Virus record (IMG/VR): IMGVR_UViG_3300046543_000595
Coordinates: 1-64,000 of that record
Source: a virus
Lineage: Duplodnaviria; Caudoviricetes
Length of the DNA stretch: 64,000 nucleotides
Strand: one strand, 5' to 3'
The notes under the pieces were generated by a model. That model ran no database searches, was not told the origin of the DNA, and saw only the letters and a list, made by a program, of their open reading frames with translations. The translations under genes were made by a program, and so were the position numbers. Positions 45,483 to 55,718 of this stretch are shown here, in pieces; positions within the stretch are counted from its first letter, which is position 1, and each line of letters starts with the position of its first letter.

Positions 45483-45943
45483 AGCGACGAGACCTGTACA
45501 TGGGCACGACTAATATCGATCCTGTCCGGACGATTTCCGAGATCCAGGCCTACCTCGTCCGGATGGGCGCCACGCGAATTATGAATACGTACGAACACGG
45601 GGAAGCGGTCGCCCTGCATTTCGTGTTGAAGGTCAACAACGAAGAAATTCCGTTCGAACTGCCGGCGCGCGTCGATCCGATCTATCGGATTATCCGCGGC
45701 GATGGACGCGGACGTACACCGCAGCGCGATCTGGAGCAGGCGAAACGGACGGCGTGGCGGCAGATCTACCGATGGATTCAAGCGCAGTTGGCGCTCGTGG
45801 AGACCGGTATGGCGAAGGCGGATGAAGTCTTCATGCCGTATATGCAGGTCGCGGACGCCCAAGGTAAACCGACAACGCTCTACCAGCGAGCGGTAACTGG
45901 AGGTCTCGGGCGGCTGGCGCTGGCCGAGCGGAGTGAAGCATGA
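45479..45943 (+). CDS. conserved phage hypothetical protein
   Basis: TISEIQ--L---GA...QAKRTAWR----WI-AQLA...EVFMPY. Confidence 0.7.
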   Translation: MKRRDLYMGTTNIDPVRTISEIQAYLVRMGATRIMNTYEHGEAVALHFVLKVNNEEIPFELPARVDPIYRIIRGDGRGRTPQRDLEQAKRTAWRQIYRWIQAQLALVETGMAKADEVFMPYMQVADAQGKPTTLYQRAVTGGLGRLALAERSEA

Positions 45944-46173
45944 AGCACACGATGGTCATCAACGGGACGGTTACCTACGAGTTGGAACCGGAGAAGGAGA
46001 ACGAGGACGACCGCCACATTATCGAGATCATGAAGACCAAGGGCAAGGTCACGATGCGGCAGAGTTCCAAGGGTGGCGTCATCTTCGAACTGGAGCGTGT
46101 AGTGCCGGAGAAGGTAGAGCAGGAATCGCCGAAGGACCTGAGCGCGATCCCGGCAAAGAAGGTGGAGAAATGA
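45940..46173 (+). CDS. hypothetical protein
   Basis: coupled ORF. Confidence 0.5.
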   Translation: MKHTMVINGTVTYELEPEKENEDDRHIIEIMKTKGKVTMRQSSKGGVIFELERVVPEKVEQESPKDLSAIPAKKVEK

Positions 46174-47567
46174 GGCCGATCCCGGTTCTCCTCGTCACGT
46201 ACAACCGTCTGGGATACACCAAGCAGGCTTTGGAGTCGATCTGCCTGAGCCCGGGGTTACCGATCGAACTCTACGTCTGGGATAACGGTTCTACCGATGG
46301 GACAGCGGAGTGGCTATCCGGCCAACGACAGCGCCAGCATCGGAACACGGCGAACTTCAACGTCTTTTTTTCGGAACGTAATGTCGGTCTTGCTCCAGCG
46401 ATGAACTGGTTTTTCCGAATGAATTCTGCTTGGCCGTTTGTCGCGAAGGTCGACAACGACACCGTACTGCCGGACAACTGGCTTGCTGACTTGCACGGCG
46501 TGCTCACGGAGAATGCTAAATTCAAGCGGCCAAGGCTAGGTGCCGTTAGCGGCACGTGCCTGCGGCCTCCGGGGCTAACCGCTGCGGACTGGTACGGCAA
46601 CATGCCAAACTTTCCGTTCCAGGACGGGCGTCTTTATATAAATCCTGCCTGCCTCGGCACCGGCGTTCTGATCAATATGGACATGATCCGCGAGCGCGGA
46701 CTGTTATTCGAGAAGTTCCCGCGCGCTCCCGGCGCCGGGCCGGACGACCCGTGTCTGATCTCCGGATGGGGCGCGTACATTCAGGAAGCCAGTGCGTACT
46801 CAAACTGGCGGTTCGCGATGTACTCCAAGGTACCGGTCCAACTGCTGAACCTGAAGGAGGACCAGGTTCTCTCGAACGACTACCCGGAATACGACGCCGA
46901 GATCGCCGAGGTGCGCAACCAGGGCAACGCGTGGTGGGAGTCGGTCGGCGGCATCGAAGGCGTGCGGAAATATGTTCAGGAGCACGGCGGTCTAGAGCCG
47001 TTGCCGGGCTACAAGCCGATCCGCGACCCGGTCGGATACAAGCGGGACAACGAACCGACAGTACTGCTGACCGGCGCCGACGATCTCGAGTATAGATCGA
47101 CATCGGAATTCTGGACTGAGCGGATCGCCGCCTACGGCACGACGCGCTCGACGTTCCTGCAGACCCCGCAAGCCCGGATCAACGAATTCACGGCCCAGCA
47201 TATGCAGGTGCTGAAGCGGTATGCGGTCGGCAAGGACGTGCTCGATGTCGGCTGCGGTTGGGGGCGGATGAGTCAGTCCGTCGCGCAGTTGGCGAAAAGT
47301 TATATCGGCGTCGACTTCATGCCGGCGCTAATCGATAAGGCCCGCGAATCGCTGCCAGATCTCGACTTCAGGGTAGCCAGTGCGACGGCGCTTCCGTTCG
47401 AGGACGCGTCGTTCGATCTTGTGATTGCCGTGACGTGCCTGTCGAGTTTCGCGGCCATTTTCAATCAGGTCCAGAAGGAACTCGGGCGGGTAGTGCGGCC
47501 CGGTAGCTACATCATCTACCTCGAGGAAGACTTTGTGCGTGTCGGATGGAAACTGGAGAACTTATGA
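46170..47567 (+). CDS. GT2 glycosyltransferase fused to a SAM methyltransferase
   Basis: VTYNR...WDNGSTDG...KVDND; VLDVGCGWG...LPFEDASFDLV. Confidence 0.88.
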   Translation: MRPIPVLLVTYNRLGYTKQALESICLSPGLPIELYVWDNGSTDGTAEWLSGQRQRQHRNTANFNVFFSERNVGLAPAMNWFFRMNSAWPFVAKVDNDTVLPDNWLADLHGVLTENAKFKRPRLGAVSGTCLRPPGLTAADWYGNMPNFPFQDGRLYINPACLGTGVLINMDMIRERGLLFEKFPRAPGAGPDDPCLISGWGAYIQEASAYSNWRFAMYSKVPVQLLNLKEDQVLSNDYPEYDAEIAEVRNQGNAWWESVGGIEGVRKYVQEHGGLEPLPGYKPIRDPVGYKRDNEPTVLLTGADDLEYRSTSEFWTERIAAYGTTRSTFLQTPQARINEFTAQHMQVLKRYAVGKDVLDVGCGWGRMSQSVAQLAKSYIGVDFMPALIDKARESLPDLDFRVASATALPFEDASFDLVIAVTCLSSFAAIFNQVQKELGRVVRPGSYIIYLEEDFVRVGWKLENL

Positions 47568-47604
47568 ACGATCAGGCGAACACAACATCGAGGATGGTGC
47601 AACC

Positions 47605-48105
47605 GTGAAGACTGGACTGAACATTGGTTGCGGGACTAAGTACCTCAAGAGCACGCCAGAAATGCGCTGGATCAACGTCGATATGGATCCGCATCACGCT
47701 GCGGATACCCACGTGGACGTGGTGGCGCTCGGCCCGTGGTCGCTCGACACGCTGGTTGACGAGATCCTCGCCGAGGACATCCTTGAGCACATTCCCTGCA
47801 CCCAGAACAATCCGACAGAGTGGAAGATCGTGCTGGGACAGTGGGCCAAATGCCTGCGGCCCGGTGGCCGGATCCGGATTCAGGTTCCGTCGCTCGATGC
47901 GATCTATCGGGCGCTGTCCGATGGCGACATCGATGAAGATACGGCGAATCGCGTGATTTACGGAGAATGCACGACAGCGCTCGACCGGCACTATCAACTC
48001 TTTTCGAAAGATAAGCTCGGACTCGCGCTGGCAGCGATGGGCATGCAGGTCGTCGAAACGTTCTACCTGCACGTCAATATTGTCGTGATTGCGGAGCGGC
48101 CATGA
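47605..48105 (+). CDS. SAM methyltransferase-like protein
   Basis: LNIGCG...INVD...DILEHI...LRPGG-I-IQVP. Confidence 0.82.
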   Translation: MKTGLNIGCGTKYLKSTPEMRWINVDMDPHHAADTHVDVVALGPWSLDTLVDEILAEDILEHIPCTQNNPTEWKIVLGQWAKCLRPGGRIRIQVPSLDAIYRALSDGDIDEDTANRVIYGECTTALDRHYQLFSKDKLGLALAAMGMQVVETFYLHVNIVVIAERP

Positions 48106-48584
48106 TCGGGCGCGAACTCGGCTCGATGATGATCGAAGATCGCGTGATCCAGGTGATCGAAACCGAGGCGACCAAGACGGTCGATAACCGGGCGGATTTC
48201 TTAGCGACGGTCGCCGGGGCCGATTTCAGTGCGTTTATCGGATCAGTGATTGTGACGGAATGGTGGGCGCTCGTCGGGGCTGAGAAACAGCCGATCGCAT
48301 ACGCCAGCCTAGTGGCGGCCGACGCGGATTCTCCGGAGGTTTCCCTCCTCGTGATCGTCCATCCCGATTTTCGCGGACGCGGGGTTGGTAAATTCATGAC
48401 GCGCTTCGCCACGGACCAGGCGATCCGATTCCGCAAGCGCAGCATCGTCTGCAAAGTCGAACCTAGTTCACCGATCGTCAGAACGCTCATGGACGAGGAA
48501 TTCGATCCTGATCCTAGCCGGCGCGCGTTCCGTAAAGTTCTCAAATGGAGGGAAGAGCATGGAAGAGTCACAGGCGACCTTTAA
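48102..48584 (+). CDS. GNAT acetyltransferase
   Basis: VHPDFRGRGVGK motif A. Confidence 0.82.
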   Translation: MIGRELGSMMIEDRVIQVIETEATKTVDNRADFLATVAGADFSAFIGSVIVTEWWALVGAEKQPIAYASLVAADADSPEVSLLVIVHPDFRGRGVGKFMTRFATDQAIRFRKRSIVCKVEPSSPIVRTLMDEEFDPDPSRRAFRKVLKWREEHGRVTGDL

Positions 48585-49101
48585 AGGCTGGGCGCTCGTT
48601 GAAGTCTACGGACATTCTCGAGCCGCCGGCTACGTCACAACCGAATATTTCGGCAATGCCTGCATGTTCCGTGTCGATACGCCATCACTGCCGGAGCGTG
48701 AATGGGTGCTGGCCGAGCCGGAATATACAGACCATGGCTGGACTCAGGCCGGCGCGACGGTGAAGCGCGATGAATCGCCAGCACGGTCCACACTGCTCGG
48801 TCCGGGTGCGATCTTCCGGATGACGCCGTGCGACGAGGCGGCGGCGCGCCGTGCCATCGACGAGATCTATAAGCGTCCGGTAATCGTGCTCAAGATGCCT
48901 GACCGCCCGGCAATTGCGCAGAAGGCGGAGGCACTGCCGATCGATCCGGTATGCGGCAGCGAAGTCGGAGCGGAGTCGGCGTACAAGGCTGAACACGCAG
49001 GGACGGTATTCTTTTTTTGCAGTAGCGACTGCCGCAGTGAATTTGGCAGTGATCCAGAAGCGTATCTCCCGGAGCCGCAAACGCCGGAGTTGGAACTCTA
49101 A
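48559..49101 (+). CDS. hypothetical protein with C-terminal YHS domain
   Basis: WALVEVYGH---AG; IDPVCG...FFFCSSDCRSEF--DPEAY. Confidence 0.75.
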   Translation: MEESQATFKGWALVEVYGHSRAAGYVTTEYFGNACMFRVDTPSLPEREWVLAEPEYTDHGWTQAGATVKRDESPARSTLLGPGAIFRMTPCDEAAARRAIDEIYKRPVIVLKMPDRPAIAQKAEALPIDPVCGSEVGAESAYKAEHAGTVFFFCSSDCRSEFGSDPEAYLPEPQTPELEL

Positions 49102-50153
49102 TGGCCGAAACCGATATCGAATGGGCCGATCGTGTCTGGAACTTCCTCCGCGGCTGTACGATGATTTCGCCCGGGTGTCAGCATTGCTATGCGATGCAGC
49201 AGGCGCACCGGTTCAATTACGCTGGCGGCGCCTATGAAGGCCTGACCGAGATGGGGCCGGAGGGTCCGCGATGGAACGGAACTGTTCGATTCATCAAGGA
49301 TAAACTAAGGGAACCGCTCACGGTTAAAGCACCGAAACGTTGGTTCGTCAACTCGATGTCGGATCTCTTTCATAAAGATGTTGAATTCGACCAGATCGAT
49401 CAGGCGTTCGCGATCATGGCGCAGACACCTCACCACACGTACCAGATTCTGACGAAGCGTTCGGAGACGATGCGGATTTATTCGAATTCGGTCGAAGCGC
49501 TGAGTCCGGTGGAACGGTCCATGCGCATGCTACGCGCTCAATACAAGGGGCACCCGGCGGAGCATGTCGTGCTGTCCGGCATCGATCCGGCTAATGTCGG
49601 ACCGTTTCCGTGGCCACTACCGAATGTATGGCTAGGGGTCTCTGTTGAAGATCAGGTGCAGGCGAATAGGCGGGTACAGGCCCTGCTGGACACTCCAGCC
49701 GCAGTTCGGTGGGTCAGTTACGAGCCAGCACTCGAACTGGTCGATCTGACGAATCTGTCAGTGATAGGGCACTCGCTCGATGCGCTGGAAGGCGAGTGGT
49801 ATTCGAGTAACACCGGCTGCGCAGTTTCAGATAAGACGGATAACCGGCTGGACTGGATCGTGGTTGGAGGAGAATCCGGCCCTCACGCCAGACCGTTCAA
49901 TATCAACTGGGCGCGCTTCGTCGTCAGGCAGTGCAAGACCGCCGGAGTCGCATGTTTTGTGAAGCAGGTTGGCGCGAAGCCATACGCCTGCCGCGAATCG
50001 ACAAAAGGAAGATTCCGTGATCATGTCACCTGCATCGACGAAGGGTTTGAAGATATCCGAGATCCGAAGGGCGGCGACATGTCCGAATGGCCAGAGGATC
50101 TCAGAGTTAGGGAATTCCCACGACATCCGCCTTCGGGCGAATCCGTAGCGTAG
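49101..50153 (+). CDS. DUF5131 (phage Gp37/Gp68) family protein
   Basis: TDIEWAD-VWN--GC--ISPGC-HCYA, FVNSMSDLFH, QILTKR, WIVVGGESG. Confidence 0.92.
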   Translation: MAETDIEWADRVWNFLRGCTMISPGCQHCYAMQQAHRFNYAGGAYEGLTEMGPEGPRWNGTVRFIKDKLREPLTVKAPKRWFVNSMSDLFHKDVEFDQIDQAFAIMAQTPHHTYQILTKRSETMRIYSNSVEALSPVERSMRMLRAQYKGHPAEHVVLSGIDPANVGPFPWPLPNVWLGVSVEDQVQANRRVQALLDTPAAVRWVSYEPALELVDLTNLSVIGHSLDALEGEWYSSNTGCAVSDKTDNRLDWIVVGGESGPHARPFNINWARFVVRQCKTAGVACFVKQVGAKPYACRESTKGRFRDHVTCIDEGFEDIRDPKGGDMSEWPEDLRVREFPRHPPSGESVA

Positions 50154-50188
50154 AACGGTGCTCTGCGCATGTGTAGCACAACTCGTTC

Positions 50189-50225
50189 AGCGGCTCGTTC
50201 TTAGTCAGTTCGAGCCGCCTTTTTA
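50189..50225 (+). terminator. intrinsic terminator
   Basis: GCGGCTCG...CGAGCCGC followed by CTTTTTT. Confidence 0.6.
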
Positions 50226-50229
50226 AGGA

Positions 50230-50457
50230 GTGGATATGGAGCAGAAACCAAGCGTCGGAAGAATCGTGATCTACCATCATCCCGGCAGCGCGGATGGCAA
50301 GTATCCGCCGCAGATCTCACCCGCGATTATTCGAGCAGTGGATCCGAGCGCGGAAAATCGGTGCCAGATTTTTGTTTTCGGTCCTCTTGGCCAACATCAA
50401 GACTGGGCAGAATACGGCACGGGCCCGTCACAGTGGTCGTGGCCTGAGCGCGTATGA
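50230..50457 (+). CDS. hypothetical phage protein
   Basis: KPSVGRIVIY...PAII...WSWPERV. Confidence 0.7.
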   Translation: MDMEQKPSVGRIVIYHHPGSADGKYPPQISPAIIRAVDPSAENRCQIFVFGPLGQHQDWAEYGTGPSQWSWPERV

Positions 50458-50792
50458 CCCACACGTACGCGCTGCTGGAGGTCTCGCCGTGGGCATACGA
50501 TGAGATTAAGGGGAAACTGCTCGATGCGGGATACCAGCACGCGATCCATGAGATCGGTAAGATCGGTGAGATCGGTGAGATCGGTGAGATCGACATGCAC
50601 GGTATCGCTCTCGTTAAGCGCACCGAGACCATGTGTCCTTTCTACGCTCAGAGTCCTAGCCAGGAAGAGAAGTATTTCTGTTCTGAGCCTTACGGGCACA
50701 CCACGATCCATCTTGACCATCGCCGCGATCCTCACAAGCCGAAGCACTGGACTCGGATGACAGACGGTGAACTATTAGACCTGGAGGGTTAA
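50454..50792 (+). CDS. hypothetical protein with EIG repeats
   Basis: THTYALLEVS...IDMHGIAL. Confidence 0.6.
   Translation: MTHTYALLEVSPWAYDEIKGKLLDAGYQHAIHEIGKIGEIGEIGEIDMHGIALVKRTETMCPFYAQSPSQEEKYFCSEPYGHTTIHLDHRRDPHKPKHWTRMTDGELLDLEG
50550..50593 (+). repeat. 9-bp tandem repeat RAGATCGGT, about 5 copies
   Basis: direct reading. Confidence 0.85.
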
Positions 50793-51820
50793 TGACCACT
50801 GGAATCATTTCGTATCTATCGCAGCGCGGCCTCGGCACGATGTGCCACGACCTGCGGGAACATCTCGGAATCACTCGGCAGTTGGTCATCCCCGACATCG
50901 GGTGGCCGATGCACCTCGAGTGGGCCAACGGCGAGGAGTTCTACCTGCACCAGTGGGAGGTTCAGAAAGATGATCTCTCCGCCTGGCAATCGACCGACGG
51001 CATCGATACCGTGATCTCGATCGAGACCGGCTTCGGGGATCACACGTTCCGCTACGCGAAAGAACTCGGGATGCGCACGATCCTGATCGTGATGTGGGAG
51101 TCGTTCAACCCGCACCTGCCGGCCTATCAGAGCGTCGACCTCTACATCTGCCCGAGCTTCAAGGCGTATCAGGAGGTTCCGTTCGACAACAAGGTCTTCC
51201 TGCCGTATCCGGTCGACACCAATCTGTTCAAGTTTCGGCAACGGTCCGGGCCGGCGCGCCAATTCATTCACAACGCCGGGTCTGGAGGCATGAACGGACG
51301 TAAGGGCACGCGTGAGACTGTCGAGGCCTTTCTGAAGGCCGATCCTGGAACATGGGACGCGACATTGCGGATTAATTCGCAGGTCGATCAGCCGTGGTTT
51401 GGCGAGATCCGTTCGCCGTACGTTACGTTCAACATCGGCGGGTTCATGAACCGCGAGGATCTCTATACTCAAGGCGACGTGCTGATCTACCCGTCGAAGT
51501 ACGACGGCCACGCGCTCGTGACGCTCGAGGCGATGGCTTCCGGGATGCCCGTCCTGACGACCGACGCCGAGCCGATGAACGAATACTGGCCGGCGGGACA
51601 CAAAATGCTGACCGGGGTCAGAAAGCAGGAGCCGGCCGGCATGATCAACCCTCACTGTCTGGCCAGCCACGTCGATACATACCATCTGGCCGAGCAGATC
51701 CGCTGGGCCGGAGGGACCGATATGGAGCGCTACTCGACGGAAAATCGCCAGATTGCGGAAGTCCGGCATTCCTGGTCCGCCCTCCGGGACCGGTGGATGT
51801 ACAGATTGGAGAAGCGATGA
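50792..51820 (+). CDS. GT4-like glycosyltransferase
   Basis: DVLIYPSKYDGHALVTLEAMASGMPVLTTD. Confidence 0.88.
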   Translation: MTTGIISYLSQRGLGTMCHDLREHLGITRQLVIPDIGWPMHLEWANGEEFYLHQWEVQKDDLSAWQSTDGIDTVISIETGFGDHTFRYAKELGMRTILIVMWESFNPHLPAYQSVDLYICPSFKAYQEVPFDNKVFLPYPVDTNLFKFRQRSGPARQFIHNAGSGGMNGRKGTRETVEAFLKADPGTWDATLRINSQVDQPWFGEIRSPYVTFNIGGFMNREDLYTQGDVLIYPSKYDGHALVTLEAMASGMPVLTTDAEPMNEYWPAGHKMLTGVRKQEPAGMINPHCLASHVDTYHLAEQIRWAGGTDMERYSTENRQIAEVRHSWSALRDRWMYRLEKR

Positions 51821-52866
51821 AGACGCGAATACCGATCGCCAGCCCGGACCTCCGGCTCGAGGAAATGGATAATCTGCGGATTGCAATGGCGGACAGTTGG
51901 ATCTCGCAGGGACAGTTCGTGGAGCGGGCGCAGGTGTTGCTCTGTAAAATAACCGGTCGCCGGTACGCGCTCTGCTGTTCGTCCGGCACGACGGCCCTCG
52001 TTGTCGCGCTGATGGCGACAAGCGGCGGTGGCCCGGTCCGCACCATTGCGACTCCTGCGCTAACGTTCGCAGCCGTCCATAATGCTGTCCGGCTGGCGGG
52101 TGCGAGACTGCAATGCCTCGATGCTGACATGCTGACGTGGCAGCCGCTCAACCACGATTATCGTGGCGTGACATGGGACACCGTTATATCTGCGCCATGC
52201 TACGGATCCGTTCACCTGCCGGAGTCGCTACCGCACGCGACGAGGACGTTCATCGAGGACGCCAGTGAGTCGTTCGGTGGCCATGTTGGCGACGTCTGGG
52301 CAGGCGGCGACAAACGGGCGCGGATCTCGACCTTATCCTTCTACGCAAACAAGATCGTGACGGCAGGCGAGGGCGGCGCGATCCTGACCGACGACGAGGA
52401 GTTGTACAAGGAATGCCGGCTGATCATCAACCATGGGATCGCCGACAAGAGTTACGTGCCGCTCCGGACTGGGATCAACGGGCGGATGACCGACCTGCAG
52501 GCGGCGGTGCTCTGCGCGCAACTCTCCCGGTTTAGCGAGATGCTGGCCCGCCGGTACGAGATCATGCAGTATTACGAGGCTGCAAGCCGTGTGGAGGAGT
52601 GGAACCTGCCTGGCATCGCCAGTGACGAGATGCCAGCGCCTTGGGTATTTGCGGGTGTCGTTAAGGGTGGCGTTCCAGCACGGCAGCGGATCATTCAGGA
52701 CTGCGAGCAGGAGAATATCGAGTGGCGTCCGTTTTTCCCGATCCCGCCGGAGGGCGAGCACTGCGGGAGCGCCAGATTCTTGAGCGGCATGGGCCTCTGC
52801 CTGCCGCTCTCGAGCGCGATGACGGACGCGGAAGTCGAGCGAGTTGCGGAGGTGATCCGTGGATAA
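51817..52866 (+). CDS. DegT/DnrJ/EryC1/StrS aminotransferase (perosamine synthase-like)
   Basis: SSGTTAL, IEDASES-G, SFYANKIVTAGEGG, RMTDLQAA, LCLP. Confidence 0.92.
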   Translation: MKTRIPIASPDLRLEEMDNLRIAMADSWISQGQFVERAQVLLCKITGRRYALCCSSGTTALVVALMATSGGGPVRTIATPALTFAAVHNAVRLAGARLQCLDADMLTWQPLNHDYRGVTWDTVISAPCYGSVHLPESLPHATRTFIEDASESFGGHVGDVWAGGDKRARISTLSFYANKIVTAGEGGAILTDDEELYKECRLIINHGIADKSYVPLRTGINGRMTDLQAAVLCAQLSRFSEMLARRYEIMQYYEAASRVEEWNLPGIASDEMPAPWVFAGVVKGGVPARQRIIQDCEQENIEWRPFFPIPPEGEHCGSARFLSGMGLCLPLSSAMTDAEVERVAEVIRG

Positions 52867-53185
52867 GATTGATGACTTAATCAAACAGCCGGGTTGGCAT
52901 TGGCTGAAACTGTTAGGACCTGGCGTCGACGAATATGGCCATACCATGGAGGACGGAACTTACTATCCTCCGACGTTCAAGCGCTCTTTTCAGATATGCG
53001 CGCTGCGTTCTGACGGCACGTATTTCTCAATCAATGTCATCTTTGAGCCAGACGTAGACCGTGATCTTCTCAAGAAAATAGGTACTCAGTTCAAGAACAG
53101 CCTAGAGACTCTTGAAACATTCAGGACCTGCGAATGCCTCCTCGGCAAGACCTGTGAAAAACATGGAGGATCCGCTGATGTATAG
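52859..53185 (+). CDS. hypothetical protein
   Basis: coupled ORF. Confidence 0.5.
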   Translation: MDKIDDLIKQPGWHWLKLLGPGVDEYGHTMEDGTYYPPTFKRSFQICALRSDGTYFSINVIFEPDVDRDLLKKIGTQFKNSLETLETFRTCECLLGKTCEKHGGSADV

Positions 53186-53879
53186 AGTCCTTGTTGCCGA
53201 GCCGGTCTACCACGGGCTACCGCCAATCGTCTACCACAACCGAATCCGATTCTGGATGGAGGCGACGACGGTCGGCCTGACACTCCTTCCGCCGAAAGAG
53301 AACGGCCCGCCGCTGGACATCATGGCAATGGCTCGTATCCAGGCGCCATTGTACAAGGCCCGCCCGTACACGATCGGACCGCGGGAGAACATTCGCATGG
53401 GGCGCGATCGGGCAATTTGCGAGGCCATGGGGGAAGGCGCAACTCACGTCCTGTTCATGGACGACGACATGCTCGTGCCGCCGGATATTCTTCAGCGGCT
53501 CCTCGAGGTCGACAAACCGATCGTCGGAGGTCTCACCCACCGTGATAACGGAGATCCGCTGGTCTGGCGGGCGATAACCGAAGGCGACGACTCTGCGGCC
53601 CTCAGTATCTACGCCGGCTATGATGTCGAGGAGGTATCGTGGAAGGATCATCCGAAGACCGAAGCGTTTGAATGCGCAGCGATTGCGGCCGGCTGCATGC
53701 TGATCCAGGTCGACGTTTTTAAGGAGTTGAAGAAGGCTGAGCCTCTCCGCTGGCTCTTCAACTACGATGAAACCAGTCGCTCGATGGACGTCAATTTCTG
53801 CCGATCCGCGCGTGCTGCTGGATTTACCGTTTGGTGCTGGCCGGGCCGCCCGTGTATCCAAATTAAACACTATGACTGA
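53178..53879 (+). CDS. GT2-like glycosyltransferase
   Basis: THVLFMDDDM...GCMLIQVDVF...DVNFC--AR-AGF-VW. Confidence 0.78.
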   Translation: MYRVLVAEPVYHGLPPIVYHNRIRFWMEATTVGLTLLPPKENGPPLDIMAMARIQAPLYKARPYTIGPRENIRMGRDRAICEAMGEGATHVLFMDDDMLVPPDILQRLLEVDKPIVGGLTHRDNGDPLVWRAITEGDDSAALSIYAGYDVEEVSWKDHPKTEAFECAAIAAGCMLIQVDVFKELKKAEPLRWLFNYDETSRSMDVNFCRSARAAGFTVWCWPGRPCIQIKHYD

Positions 53880-54522
53880 CAAAGAGCGCATCCTGATGCA
53901 CGTCGTCCGTGGATTATCATCGGCATCCGTCCTATGCCGGGCGACGAACTCCGATGGCTACAGGAGCGGGTCTGAGGCCTTCCGAGACCGCAACGGTGGG
54001 TTCTATGTCCATTTCGCGCCATGGGACAAGCCGAAGCCTGGCGACCTCGTTATGGGGGAGAGCGGCAGAGTCTGCGATTGGCTAATCGCATGGTATGTCG
54101 AGCCTCCAAAAGAAGAGTACGGGTATCACGTTGTCCGCGAAATCGGAACCGGGCAACTCTGCAACTACGGAAACGAGCGATTCTCTCCCATCCGAGGTCT
54201 GACGGAGACACAACTGCTGGAAGGCGAGCAGTACAAATTCTACATCAAGGTACTTCGGGCGTTCGGCGGGGGCGACGAATATCTTTATCGGTTCGGCGGT
54301 CTACGCTTCGATGGGCAGACTGCGTATGTTGCCGTCCGGGAGGCCTTCGGTGGCTTTGCCGCCAAGTCTATCCCGTTCGAAGTCGAAGTGCCTTTCAACA
54401 AAAAGATCTCAGTCAAAGCCATCCTTGCGGCGATGCGCGCGCAAGGATACGGGACGAGGAAGTTCGAACACGAGCCGCAAGCAGGCCCTCCGAAACCCAC
54501 TACCGTCATCGCATTCCTTTAA
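53872..54522 (+). CDS. hypothetical protein
   Basis: coupled ORF. Confidence 0.6.
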   Translation: MTDKERILMHVVRGLSSASVLCRATNSDGYRSGSEAFRDRNGGFYVHFAPWDKPKPGDLVMGESGRVCDWLIAWYVEPPKEEYGYHVVREIGTGQLCNYGNERFSPIRGLTETQLLEGEQYKFYIKVLRAFGGGDEYLYRFGGLRFDGQTAYVAVREAFGGFAAKSIPFEVEVPFNKKISVKAILAAMRAQGYGTRKFEHEPQAGPPKPTTVIAFL

Positions 54523-54557
54523 GCCGCTCTTTACAGGCATCTTAGAATCATCGTGAG

Positions 54558-55718
54558 ATGCCGACTCCACAACAACAGAACTTCAGGGGTATGGTCGATG
54601 CCGTCCTGAAGAAGTTTCCGAGCTACGATAAGACGCTCTGCGAGCAGGACATAAACGACAGCATCCGCATGCTGATGGGGCGCCGTAACTGGAGCGGATT
54701 GGTCGTTTATGGGATCCTCAGCGTCCCCGCCCAATACGCGACAGGGACCGTCACGGTCACCCAGAATTCGAACGTCGTGACCGGAGTGGGAACCGTCTGG
54801 CCATTCAACGACGTGGTCAATACGACGCTGCTCACGGCAACGATCGAGGCCGGCATTATCGACTTCCAGCCGACGGCGCTGACCGGAATCGTGCCAGGGA
54901 TCTGGGTCACGATCGATGGCGGAAACGCTGGCGAGGAAGCCGTCTTCGTCATGTCCGTCAACGCTGCGGCCGCCACGTTCCAGGCGGCTTGCACCAAGAC
55001 CCATACTTCTGGCGTCACGATCACCAGCGGATCCATGGCGGGCCGGCAGTTCCGGATCAACTCCAATTCGCCATTCGTCACAGCGGTCGGATTCACGAGC
55101 GCGACCCGCATGCTGATCAACCAAGGCTGGCCGTACCTGAGCCTGGCGACCCAAAGTTACGAGATCACGATGGTCTACGCCAGTCTCGGACAGGATGTCA
55201 AAGAGGTCCTGACGATGGTGAACCCGGACCGGCAGTACCAGTTCATCGTCAATGCCGCCAAGGTGCAGTTGGACGCCGACGACCCCCGCCGCGCCATCAG
55301 CCAGATGCCGTACAAACTGGCATTCCATACGACCGATCCAGCTGGAGCTCCACTCTGGGAAATGTGGCCGCGCCCGACCTCGGTGGCGGCATACCCGTTT
55401 TTCTACATCAAGGCCACCACGCCGCTGATCTCGGAGAACGACATCCTGCCGAACGGGATCCGGTCCGACGTGGTCGTGAAGCTCGCCAAGGCCGAGGCCG
55501 CGCGTTGGCCCGGACACAAGGTGATTGACGGCGGGATCTATTACGACCCGCGGCTTGCCGATTCGCTGGTGGCCGAGGCCGAACGGGACATCGGCTACAT
55601 GAAGAACGAGGACGATTCGACGGCCATCATGCAACTGGTTTATCAGTACCGGAAGTGGAGGTATGGTGGCCCCGGCCCGGATTACTTCCAGAACGATTAC
55701 GAGAGCAACTTCGTATGA
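54558..55718 (+). CDS. head-tail adaptor-like virion protein
   Basis: position; YATGTVTVT--SNVVTG-GT-W insertion; EMWPRP motif. Confidence 0.65.
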   Translation: MPTPQQQNFRGMVDAVLKKFPSYDKTLCEQDINDSIRMLMGRRNWSGLVVYGILSVPAQYATGTVTVTQNSNVVTGVGTVWPFNDVVNTTLLTATIEAGIIDFQPTALTGIVPGIWVTIDGGNAGEEAVFVMSVNAAAATFQAACTKTHTSGVTITSGSMAGRQFRINSNSPFVTAVGFTSATRMLINQGWPYLSLATQSYEITMVYASLGQDVKEVLTMVNPDRQYQFIVNAAKVQLDADDPRRAISQMPYKLAFHTTDPAGAPLWEMWPRPTSVAAYPFFYIKATTPLISENDILPNGIRSDVVVKLAKAEAARWPGHKVIDGGIYYDPRLADSLVAEAERDIGYMKNEDDSTAIMQLVYQYRKWRYGGPGPDYFQNDYESNFV

